Source of the DNA: Pseudomonadota bacterium
Lineage (GTDB): Bacteria > Pseudomonadota > Gammaproteobacteria > Burkholderiales > Rhodocyclaceae
Reading direction: 5' to 3'
Length of the DNA: 64,000 nt
Assembly: GCA_040754195.1 (NCBI GenBank)
Contig: JBFMDJ010000025.1
Location: 85,346-149,345 of the forward strand
Of the stretch, positions 56,383 through 64,000 are shown one piece after another. A program made the translations under genes and the position numbers. The notes under the pieces are model-generated. The model had not been told where the DNA came from. It did no database searches and worked only from the letters and a program-made list of their open reading frames with translations. Within the stretch, counting starts at the first letter, position 1. The number at the start of each line of letters is the position of its first letter.

Positions 56383-56694
56383 TTACTTGGCGCCGGCGAG
56401 AATCCACTTGACCAGGGTCTCGATGTCGGCGTCCTTGACGGCGGCGTTCGGCGGCATCGGAATCTCGCCCCAGTTGCCCTTGCCACCCTTCTTCACCTTC
56501 TCGGCCAGCATCTTGACGGCACCGGCGTTGCCCTTGTATTTGGCGGCGACATCCTTGTAGGCGGGGCCGACGAGCTTCTTGTCGACGGTATGGCAGGACA
56601 TGCAGTTGCTCTTCTTGGCCAGATCCATGTTGGCCATCGCGGGGGCGGAGACCATCACGCCGGCGGCGATCAGGGTGGCAGCGATCAGTTTCAT
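56383..56694 (-). CDS. Class I monoheme cytochrome c (c551/c552 type)
   Basis: Signal peptide, CMSCH, KLVGPAY, IPMPPN axial Met; ATG 56694. Confidence 0.93.
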   Translation of the reverse strand: MKLIAATLIAAGVMVSAPAMANMDLAKKSNCMSCHTVDKKLVGPAYKDVAAKYKGNAGAVKMLAEKVKKGGKGNWGEIPMPPNAAVKDADIETLVKWILAGAK

Positions 56695-56753
56695 GTTTTT
56701 CCTCGTGAAATTATCAGGGTGGCTATAAATTCGAGCCGGAAGTCTAACGGAAA

Positions 56754-58733
56754 TCAGCTCGCTTGCAAAACCTCCGCCAGCTCGCTCACATTCGCCATCG
56801 GCCTGAGGCAACTAACGCCCCGGCAGACCCAGGCGTTGACATGCGCGGACTCCGGTTTCGCCAGCATGTCCGGCAGTTCGGCCGGCCCCGATCCATTGGG
56901 CAGTTCGATCGCCATGACGTCGCGCCGCGCCGCAAGCAGCGGCCGCCACGCCGGCATCTCCTCCGCCGGCCCGCGCAGGATGACGATGGCGGCCGGCGCC
57001 AGCGCTTCCTCCAGCGCTCCGGCCAGCGTGGCCATCCCCGCGACCTGGCGACGCAGCTGCGGCATGAAGCACTCGATCGCGCGTCGCGCGGCTTCGAGAT
57101 AGCGTGGCTCCCCGAGCAGATGTCCGAGGCGCTGCAAGACGAGCGCCGCCACGCCGTTGCCGGCCGGCATGGCATTGTCGTGGCCGCTCTTCGGACGCTG
57201 GATCAGTGCTTCATGGTCATGGGCGGTGAAAAAGAATCCACCGCGCTCCGCGTCCCCGAAGCGCCCGAGCATGGCCTCCGCGATCTCCCGCGCGAAGGCG
57301 AGATCGGCGGGACGATAGCCGGCCTGCAGCAGTTCGAGCAGCGCGGCGAGCAGGAAGGCGTGGTCGTCGAGATAGGCGGACAGGCGGTCCGTCGCGAAAA
57401 GCGCGCCGTCCCGCCAGCGCTGATTTTTCAGGAAATCGAGGGCGCGCCGCGCGGCCGCCAGCCAGTCGCCGCGCCCGAATACGCGGGACGCGTGCGCCAG
57501 CCCCTCGATCATCAGCGCATTCCAGGCCGTGAGAATCTTGTCGTCACGCGCGGGGCGCACGCGCCGCTCCCGCGCGGCGAACAGCTTCGCGCGTGCCGAT
57601 TCGAGCAGGACAGCCTCCCCCCCCACCGGTTCCGCCGCGCGACGCAAATGCCAGTGGCGGTTCTCGAAATTAGGCGGACCGTCCACTCCCAAGCACCGTC
57701 CCGCCAGGACTGACTCCTGCGGCGTCAGCAGGCTGGCGATCTCGGCACGGTCCCAGACGTAGAACCTGCCTTCTTCACCTTCAGAATCTGCGTCGAGCGC
57801 GGCATAAAAGGCTCCCTCGGGTCCGGTCATCTCGCGCATGAGCCAGCCGGCGATGCCTTCGGCGACTTCCCGATGGCGCGCCGCGCCGGTCAACGCCCAA
57901 GCGTCGGCATAGAGGCCCAGCAGCGGCCCGTTGTCGTAGAGCATCTTTTCGAAATGTGGGATCTCCCAGCGCTCATCGACGCTGTAACGGCAAAAGCCGC
58001 CGCCGATCTGGTCGTGGATGCCGCCGGCCGCCATCCGCTCCAGTGTGAACAGCGCCGCCTCCCGTGCCGGCGGATCATCCGTCCGACGCAGCAGAAAAGC
58101 CAGATCGGCCGGATGCGGAAACTTCGGCGCACCGCCAAAGCCGCCCGCTTCCCGATCGAAGCTGCCCAGCAGCAGGACGCGCAGCGCCTTGACGGGGGCG
58201 GCATCGATGCCATCGGCATCCGGCTCGGATGCGGGGCGGGCGAGAGCGGCGAGAACTTCGCGATTCTGCGCCTCGACCGCCGCCCGCTTTTCGCGCCAGG
58301 CCAGGCCCACCTGTTCGCACAGCCCGGCGAAACCCGGCAGGCCGTAGCGCGCTTCCTTCGGGAAGTAGGTGCCGCCATAAAAGGGCGTGCCGTCGGGGGC
58401 CAGGAACAGCGTCAACGGCCAGCCGCCGGGACGGCCGGTAAGCATCTGGTGGGCGGTCTGGTAGATCTGGTCGAGGTCCGGACGCTCCTCGCGATCGACC
58501 TTGATATTGACGAACAGGCGGTTCATGACCGCCGCCACCCCGGCATCCTCGAAGGATTCGTGTGCCATCACATGGCACCAGTGGCAGGCCGAATAACCGA
58601 TCGACAGCAGAATCGGCAGGTCTTCGCGACGCGCCTGCGCAAGCGCTTCGGCATCCCATGGCTGCCAGGCCACCGGGTTGTGCGCGTGCTGGCGCAGATA
58701 GGGCGAGGTTTCCCCCGCCAGTCGGTTCGACAT
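56754..58733 (-). CDS. YyaL/SSP411-like thioredoxin-domain protein
   Basis: [56 protein letters not shown]. Confidence 0.92.
   Translation of the reverse strand: MSNRLAGETSPYLRQHAHNPVAWQPWDAEALAQARREDLPILLSIGYSACHWCHVMAHESFEDAGVAAVMNRLFVNIKVDREERPDLDQIYQTAHQMLTGRPGGWPLTLFLAPDGTPFYGGTYFPKEARYGLPGFAGLCEQVGLAWREKRAAVEAQNREVLAALARPASEPDADGIDAAPVKALRVLLLGSFDREAGGFGGAPKFPHPADLAFLLRRTDDPPAREAALFTLERMAAGGIHDQIGGGFCRYSVDERWEIPHFEKMLYDNGPLLGLYADAWALTGAARHREVAEGIAGWLMREMTGPEGAFYAALDADSEGEEGRFYVWDRAEIASLLTPQESVLAGRCLGVDGPPNFENRHWHLRRAAEPVGGEAVLLESARAKLFAARERRVRPARDDKILTAWNALMIEGLAHASRVFGRGDWLAAARRALDFLKNQRWRDGALFATDRLSAYLDDHAFLLAALLELLQAGYRPADLAFAREIAEAMLGRFGDAERGGFFFTAHDHEALIQRPKSGHDNAMPAGNGVAALVLQRLGHLLGEPRYLEAARRAIECFMPQLRRQVAGMATLAGALEEALAPAAIVILRGPAEEMPAWRPLLAARRDVMAIELPNGSGPAELPDMLAKPESAHVNAWVCRGVSCLRPMANVSELAEVLQAS
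57696..57715 (+). repeat. Dispersed 25-nt motif copy, inside the YyaL-like CDS
   Basis: CCGTCCCGCCAGGACTGACT, 19/20 match to the core; encodes ESVLAGR. Confidence 0.78.
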
Positions 58734-58800
58734 CTCGGGCATGGAGCCTCCGCTGCTGGGAGGCTCACTATACCCGATTATTTTTGTCTACTATGCCCTG

Positions 58801-59376
58801 TCAGGGCATCAGTTCCTTGAGAAGGCTGTCGACATCCTTCTGCGACAGGCGCTGGTCCTCGGTGGGGCCGCCGCTCTCGACGACGATGATCGCGCCGACG
58901 AGGGCCTTCATCGCCTTGCGCAGCGACTGCCCGGCGAGGTCCTGGAACTCCTGCGCGACGATGATGTTGGTGAGATGGCTGCTGACCTTGCTCAGCAGTT
59001 CCTCGAGCTGCTTGCGGCTCCAGTCCTTGCCCAGCGAGGCGAGCGCGACGCCGACCTGCTCCTTGGCGGACTCTGCCTCGAGCAGGGACTTCGTCGCGGC
59101 TTCGGCAGTGATGCGTTCGACGTTGCCGAGAATCGCCGAGACTTCCTTGGGATTGTTCGAGGAACGCTTGGACAGGCCCTTCGCGGCCTGATTGAGTTCC
59201 CTGGCGAGCAGCTTCAGCTCGCTCAGGACTTCGCCAGTCGCCTGCTTCGGCCGGCGCGCCGCAGACTTCATCGCCGTCGGCTTCTTCGCCACGTTTTTTT
59301 TCACGACGGCGGGCTGCTTCGCCGCCGGTTTCTTCGCCGCCGCCTTCACGGTCCTGGCCTTGGTGCTTGTCGCCAT
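58801..59376 (-). CDS. CheZ-like phosphatase with a Lys/Ala-rich N-terminal extension
   Basis: IIVAQEFQDLAGQ (DxxxQ) and C-terminal SQKDVDSLL; N-terminal AAKKPAAKQP...AKKP. Confidence 0.72.
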   Translation of the reverse strand: MATSTKARTVKAAAKKPAAKQPAVVKKNVAKKPTAMKSAARRPKQATGEVLSELKLLARELNQAAKGLSKRSSNNPKEVSAILGNVERITAEAATKSLLEAESAKEQVGVALASLGKDWSRKQLEELLSKVSSHLTNIIVAQEFQDLAGQSLRKAMKALVGAIIVVESGGPTEDQRLSQKDVDSLLKELMP

Positions 59377-59398
59377 CGTTGCTCCCCTTCTTGAAAAT

Positions 59399-59821
59399 TC
59401 ATCCGCCGAACAACGCGCGCCACCAGCGCTTGCGCCCTTCGGGCAGCGGCGCGGCGGGCCGGAGATCCTCCGGCGGCACCCGGCAGAGAATCCAGCCCGG
59501 CGGCGGCGGGTTGTCCGAAAAGCCGCAGGATACGCCGAGATTGTTCGGGTCGAAGATCTTCACGAAGCTCGGCGCGTCCAGTTGATCGGCATACACGATA
59601 CCGCAATAGTCGTGATGGTGTTCCTTGTGCAGCAGGGCGTCGATCTTCTCGATGAAGGTGCTCACCGCGCCCGCGTCCGCCGGAACGTCCGGCACCGCTT
59701 CGCCGACGGCATAGACATACCAGCCGGCGGCGGGGTCGATGCGCCGCCAGAAGGCATCGAGCTGCTCCCAGGACATCACCGACCAGAGCCGGCCGCTATA
59801 GAGGGAATGGAAGTCGCTCAT
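59399..59821 (-). CDS. Hypothetical protein translationally coupled to ilvD
   Basis: ATGA overlap with the ilvD stop; 140 aa with typical codon usage; [10 protein letters not shown] and GVSCG motifs. Confidence 0.75.
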   Translation of the reverse strand: MSDFHSLYSGRLWSVMSWEQLDAFWRRIDPAAGWYVYAVGEAVPDVPADAGAVSTFIEKIDALLHKEHHHDYCGIVYADQLDAPSFVKIFDPNNLGVSCGFSDNPPPPGWILCRVPPEDLRPAAPLPEGRKRWWRALFGG

Positions 59822-61665
59822 GACAGCTGGGCGACGTTGCGCACCGCGCCGGTGTCGGCGCTGGTGGTGAGCGCCGCGTAGGCCCTGAGCGCCGCCGACA
59901 CCGGGCGTTCCCGTTTGGCGGGCCGCCACGCCGCCGCGCCGCGCGCATCCATCGCCGCGCGCCGTGCCGCCAGCACTGACTTTTCGATCACGAGATTGAT
60001 GCTCCGGCTCGGAATGTCGATCTCGATGGTGTCGCCCTCCTCGATCAGGCCAATGGTGCCGCCCGCCGCCGCCTCGGGCGAGGCATGGCCGATGCTCAGG
60101 CCCGATGTGCCGCCGGAGAAACGTCCGTCGGTCAGCAGCGCGCACACCTTGCCGAGTCCCTTGGACTTGAGATACGAAGTCGGGTAGAGCATCTCCTGCA
60201 TGCCGGGTCCGCCTTTCGGGCCTTCATACAGCACGATGACGATGTCGCCGGCGACGATCTGGTCGGAAAGAATCTTCTCGACGGCCTCCTCCTGCGACTC
60301 GCAGACGCGCGCGCGGCCGGTGAATTTGAGGATCGAGTCGTCGACGCCCGCCGTCTTGACGATGCAGCCCTTCTCGGCGATGTTGCCGAACAGCACGGCG
60401 AGGCCGCCATCCTGCGAGTAGGCGTGGGCCCTGTCGCGGATGCAGCCGTTGGCGCGGTCGAGGTCGAGAGTTGGATAGCGACGGCTTTGCGAAAAGGCGG
60501 TCTGGGTCGGCACGCCGCCCGGCGCGGCGCGGTAGAACTCATGTACCGGCTTTGCGGTGTTGCGCTTCACGTCGCAGCAATCGAGCTGCTCGCCGAGCGA
60601 GGGGTAGAGTACGGTCGAACAGTCGCGGTTGATCAGGCCGGCGCGATCCAGTTCGCCGAGGATCGCCATGATGCCGCCAGCGCGATGCACGTCCTCCATG
60701 TGGTATTTCTGCGTCGCCGGCGCCACCTTGGCGAGGCAGGGCACCCGGCGCGACATGCGGTCGATGTCGTTCATCGTGAAATTCACGCCCGCCTCCTGCG
60801 CGGCGGCCAGCAGGTGCAGTACGGTATTGGTCGAGCCGCCCATCGCGATATCGAGCGCAATCGCGTTTTCAAAGGCAGCGAACGTGGCGATCGAGCGCGG
60901 CAGCACGGAAGCGTCGTCCTGCTCATACCAGCGCCGGCACAACTCGACGATGCGGCGGCCGGCCTTGACGAAGAGCTTCTCGCGATCCGCATGCGTCGCC
61001 AGCAACGAGCCGTTGCCGGGCAGCGAGAGGCCCAGCGCCTCGGTCAGGCAGTTCATCGAGTTGGCGGTGAACATGCCGGAGCAGGAACCGCAGGTCGGGC
61101 AGGCCGAACGCTCCATCGCCGCCACTTCCTTGTCGGTATTGTGGTCGTCGGCCGCCTCGATCATCGCGTCGATCAGGTCGACCATGCGGTATTCGCCATG
61201 CCACTTCACCTTGCCGGCCTCCATCGGCCCGCCGGAAACGAAGATCGCCGGAATGTTGAGGCGCAGCGCGGCCATCAGCATGCCGGGGGTGATCTTGTCG
61301 CAGTTCGAGATGCAGACCATCGCGTCTGCGGTGTGGGCGTTGCACATGTATTCCACCGAGTCGGCGATCAGCTCGCGCGAGGGTAGCGAATACAGCATGC
61401 CGCCGTGGCCCATGGCGATACCGTCGTCGACGGCGATGGTGTTGAACTCCTTGGCGATGCCGCCGGCCGCCTCGATCTGGCGCGCCACCAGCTGGCCCAT
61501 GTCCTTGAGATGGACGTGCCCCGGCACGAACTGCGTGAAGGAGTTGACCACCGCGATGATCGGCTTGCCGAAATCGCCATCCTGCATGCCGGTGGCGCGC
61601 CACAGGGCGCGCGCGCCAGCCATGTTGCGGCCGTGGGTGGAAGTGCGGGAACGGTAGGCGGGCAT
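59818..61665 (-). CDS. ilvD: Dihydroxy-acid dehydratase
   Basis: [56 protein letters not shown]. Confidence 0.97.
   Translation of the reverse strand: MPAYRSRTSTHGRNMAGARALWRATGMQDGDFGKPIIAVVNSFTQFVPGHVHLKDMGQLVARQIEAAGGIAKEFNTIAVDDGIAMGHGGMLYSLPSRELIADSVEYMCNAHTADAMVCISNCDKITPGMLMAALRLNIPAIFVSGGPMEAGKVKWHGEYRMVDLIDAMIEAADDHNTDKEVAAMERSACPTCGSCSGMFTANSMNCLTEALGLSLPGNGSLLATHADREKLFVKAGRRIVELCRRWYEQDDASVLPRSIATFAAFENAIALDIAMGGSTNTVLHLLAAAQEAGVNFTMNDIDRMSRRVPCLAKVAPATQKYHMEDVHRAGGIMAILGELDRAGLINRDCSTVLYPSLGEQLDCCDVKRNTAKPVHEFYRAAPGGVPTQTAFSQSRRYPTLDLDRANGCIRDRAHAYSQDGGLAVLFGNIAEKGCIVKTAGVDDSILKFTGRARVCESQEEAVEKILSDQIVAGDIVIVLYEGPKGGPGMQEMLYPTSYLKSKGLGKVCALLTDGRFSGGTSGLSIGHASPEAAAGGTIGLIEEGDTIEIDIPSRSINLVIEKSVLAARRAAMDARGAAAWRPAKRERPVSAALRAYAALTTSADTGAVRNVAQLS
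59960..59984 (+). repeat. Dispersed 25-nt motif copy, inside ilvD
   Basis: CGCCGTGCCGCCAGCACTGACTTTT, encoding KSVLAARR. Confidence 0.82.
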
Positions 61666-61682
61666 GATGGTCTCCGGGTTTT

Positions 61683-62780
61683 TCAGGATGCGTCGAGCAT
61701 GCGCTGCAAAGCGATTTTGGCGAGTTGCGCTTCGTGTTCCGGCACCTTGATCGGATTGACCACGTTGCCCTCCGCTAGGTTTTCCAGCGTCCAGGCAAGG
61801 TGCTGCGGGTCGATGCGCTGCATGGTCGAGCACATGCAGACGGTGCCGGCCATGAACTGGACGACCTTGCCTTCGTGCTTCACTTCCTCGGCCAGACGAT
61901 CGACGAGGTTGAGTTCGGTGCCGACCAGCCAGCGCGTGCCGGGCGCGGATTCCTTGACGACGCGGATGATGGTCTCGGTCGAACCGATCGCGTCGGATTT
62001 CGCACAGACCTCGAAGCTGCACTCGGGATGCGCAATCACCTTGCCGTCCGGGTACTGTGCGCGAAATTTCTCGATCTGGCTCGGCTGGAACATCTGATGC
62101 ACGGAACAGTAGCCGTGCCAGAGGATGATCTTCGCGTCGCGGATCTGCTGCGCGCTTAATCCGCCCATCTCGAGGTCGGGGTTCCAGATGACCATCCTGT
62201 CCAGCGGAATGCCCATCTTGTGGCCGCTCCAGCGCCCAAGATGCTGGTCGGGGAAGAACAGCACCTTCTCGCGGCGCGCGAAGGACCACTCGAGAATTTT
62301 CGGCGCGTTCGAAGAGGTGCAGACGATGCCGCCATGTTCGCCGCAGAAAGCCTTGAGATCGGCGGCGGAGTTGATGTAGGTGACCGGCGTGACCGCTTCA
62401 TCCGGATCGAGCACGGTCGAGAGTTCGCGCCAGCAGCGCTCGACCTTGGCGCGGCTCGCCATGTCGGCCATCGAACAGCCGGCAGCGAGATCGGGCAGGA
62501 TCGCGACCTGCTCGGGCCGCGACAGGATGTCGGCCACCTCGGCCATGAAGTGCACGCCGCAGAAGACGATGAACTCCGCGTCGGACTGCGATGCAAGGCG
62601 GGAAAGCTTCAGCGAATCGCCGGTGATGTCGGCATGGCGATAAACGTCGGCGCGCTGGTAGTGATGGCACAGCAGCACGGCGCGCGGGCCGAGCCGCGCG
62701 CGCGCGGCCTCGATGCGCGCCTGGGCCGCCTTGTCGCTCAGGGCGTTGAAGGCGTCGAACTGGATCGGGGCGGTCTGCAT
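61683..62780 (-). CDS. nadA: Quinolinate synthase
   Basis: [44 protein letters not shown]; ATG 62780. Confidence 0.95.
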   Translation of the reverse strand: MQTAPIQFDAFNALSDKAAQARIEAARARLGPRAVLLCHHYQRADVYRHADITGDSLKLSRLASQSDAEFIVFCGVHFMAEVADILSRPEQVAILPDLAAGCSMADMASRAKVERCWRELSTVLDPDEAVTPVTYINSAADLKAFCGEHGGIVCTSSNAPKILEWSFARREKVLFFPDQHLGRWSGHKMGIPLDRMVIWNPDLEMGGLSAQQIRDAKIILWHGYCSVHQMFQPSQIEKFRAQYPDGKVIAHPECSFEVCAKSDAIGSTETIIRVVKESAPGTRWLVGTELNLVDRLAEEVKHEGKVVQFMAGTVCMCSTMQRIDPQHLAWTLENLAEGNVVNPIKVPEHEAQLAKIALQRMLDAS

Positions 62781-62820
62781 GATGTGGGCGATACAATGTG
62801 AACCAAGGAGTATAAGACAA

Positions 62821-63774
62821 GTGTCCGGCCACCATTTCCACGACCATCCACCCCCGAACTCACTAAGCGCCGCCGCCGGATCGCCCGAGCGACTGGAGGC
62901 CGCGCAACGCGCCACGTGGGCGAGCGTCGCCGTCAATCTCGTGCTGACCATCGTCCAGCTGATCGTGGGCTGGACCGCCCATTCGCAATCGCTGATCGCC
63001 CACGGCCTGCACTCCTTTTCCGACCTGCTGTCCGACTTTCTCGTCCTCTGGGCCAACCATCAGGGCGCGCATCCGGCCGATGCCGCGCATCCCTACGGGC
63101 ACGCGCGCATCGAAACGGCCGCCACGCTGGTGCTCGGCATCTCGCTGACGCTGGTGGGCGGCGGCATCCTTCTCACCGCCGGGCAGCAGCTGCAGAACAT
63201 GGGCGCGGTGCCGGCCGTCGAGCCGCTCGCGCTCTGGATCGCGCTACTGACGCTGGCTGCGAAGGAGGGGTTGTTCCACTATCTCAAGGCGGTGGCGGAG
63301 CGCCTGCACTCCGCCGTGATGATGGCGAACGCCTGGCACACGCGCGCCGACGCCGCCTCGGCGCTGGTGGTCGCGGTGGGCATCGGCGGCAGCCTGCTGG
63401 GCTGGCGTTTCCTCGACTTGCTGGCCGCAGTACTGGTCGGCTTCATGATCCTGAAGATGGGGCTCCAGTTCGCCTGGGAGACCCTGCGCGAACTGGTGGA
63501 TACCGGCCTCTCGGAAGAAGATGTGGCGGCCATCCGGCTGACGCTGGCCGAAACCACCGGCGTCGTCGACCTGCACGAACTGCGCACCCGCCGCATGGCG
63601 CATCGCGTCCTCGTGGACGTCCACCTGCAGGTCGATGGCGGCATCACGGTGCGGGAAGGCCACGAGATCGGCGAAAGCGCGCGCCGCCGGGTGCTTGCCG
63701 CACACCCCCAGGTGCTGGATGTCCTGATCCATCTGGACGCCGAAAATGACATGCACCCCGATATTGCACAATAA
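62821..63774 (+). CDS. Cation diffusion facilitator (CDF) transporter
   Basis: GTG 62821, His-rich N-terminus; HSFSD (TM2), HPYGHAR, HTRAD (TM5), HELRTR, VLIHLD. Confidence 0.93.
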   Translation: MSGHHFHDHPPPNSLSAAAGSPERLEAAQRATWASVAVNLVLTIVQLIVGWTAHSQSLIAHGLHSFSDLLSDFLVLWANHQGAHPADAAHPYGHARIETAATLVLGISLTLVGGGILLTAGQQLQNMGAVPAVEPLALWIALLTLAAKEGLFHYLKAVAERLHSAVMMANAWHTRADAASALVVAVGIGGSLLGWRFLDLLAAVLVGFMILKMGLQFAWETLRELVDTGLSEEDVAAIRLTLAETTGVVDLHELRTRRMAHRVLVDVHLQVDGGITVREGHEIGESARRRVLAAHPQVLDVLIHLDAENDMHPDIAQ

Positions 63775-63812
63775 TGGTGCGCATTCATGCTTTGATGCAC
63801 TTTTTCGGTGCG
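63765..63812. promoter_or_regulatory. Two NtrC binding sites (enhancer) upstream of glnA
   Basis: TGCACAATAATGGTGCG (63765-63781) and TGCACTTTTTCGGTGCG (63796-63812); centres 31 bp apart; consensus TGCAC-N7-GTGCA. Confidence 0.8.
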
Positions 63813-63873
63813 CCAAATAAAAATAAATCGCGCCAACGCCTTGTAGGATAATTATTTTTCCGGTTTGGCTTTT

Positions 63874-63889
63874 TGGCACGCTAACTGCT
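63874..63889 (+). promoter_or_regulatory. Sigma54 promoter of glnA
   Basis: TGGCACG-CTAA-CTGCT with GG-N10-GC spacing, downstream of the NtrC sites. Confidence 0.82.
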
Positions 63890-63945
63890 AATCTACCGCG
63901 CGTTTTTCTGCCTTTTCTCAGATATCACTGCCCAGGAGTAGCCCC

Positions 63946-64000
63946 ATGACGCCTCAAGATGTAATCAAGATGGTTCAGGAAAAGGAAGTCAAGTTCGTCG
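63946..64000 (+). CDS. glnA: Glutamine synthetase type I, N-terminus only (runs off the window)
   Basis: RBS AGGAG; MTPQDVIKMVQEKEVKFV; sigma54/NtrC promoter typical of glnA. Confidence 0.85.
   Translation, partial: MTPQDVIKMVQEKEVKFV

Overview
A GC-rich betaproteobacterial chromosome segment; gene content and order suggest Rhodocyclales/Sterolibacteriaceae, which is an inference. I saw no CRISPR array, prophage, integrase or IS element. From left to right the window holds: (1) 1-14.4 kb, a phosphorelay/c-di-GMP cluster (REC-PAS-GGDEF*-EAL-REC, a membrane sensor with no output domain, a hybrid kinase with HPt, a Cache-type kinase, a REC-HD-GYP protein with a duplicated C-terminal module, a hemerythrin-fused kinase and a REC-REC protein); (2) 14.5-21.4 kb, tonB-exbB-exbD, then a TonB-dependent receptor, a His-tipped exported protein, a NapH/CcoG-like polyferredoxin and a CcdA/DsbD_2-like protein, preceded by RegA/RegR-like boxes and a perfect FNR box; (3) a stand-alone Lon-like AAA+ gene with a sigma54 promoter; (4) core genes (ftsY/FAD oxidoreductase/ftsEX, an M16 peptidase pair, rsmD, coaD, mutM, TPR-lolB-ispE-tRNA-Gln-prs-rplY-pth-ychF); (5) a lipoprotein WD40-caspase; (6) olsB/olsA-like acyltransferases, apaH, yggU/yggT/proC/yggS, pilT/pilU, the liv ABC transporter, cytochrome c, a YyaL-like protein, an orphan CheZ-like gene, ilvD, nadA, a CDF transporter and the start of glnA with NtrC and sigma54 sites. 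The most striking unexplained signal is a dispersed ~25-nt motif, consensus CGCCGTCCCGCCGGGACTGACTTTT. I found it 14 times by eye, on both strands. Ten copies lie inside unrelated protein-coding genes in four different reading frames, the pattern expected of a DNA-uptake-sequence-like or chromosome-wide protein-binding signal.
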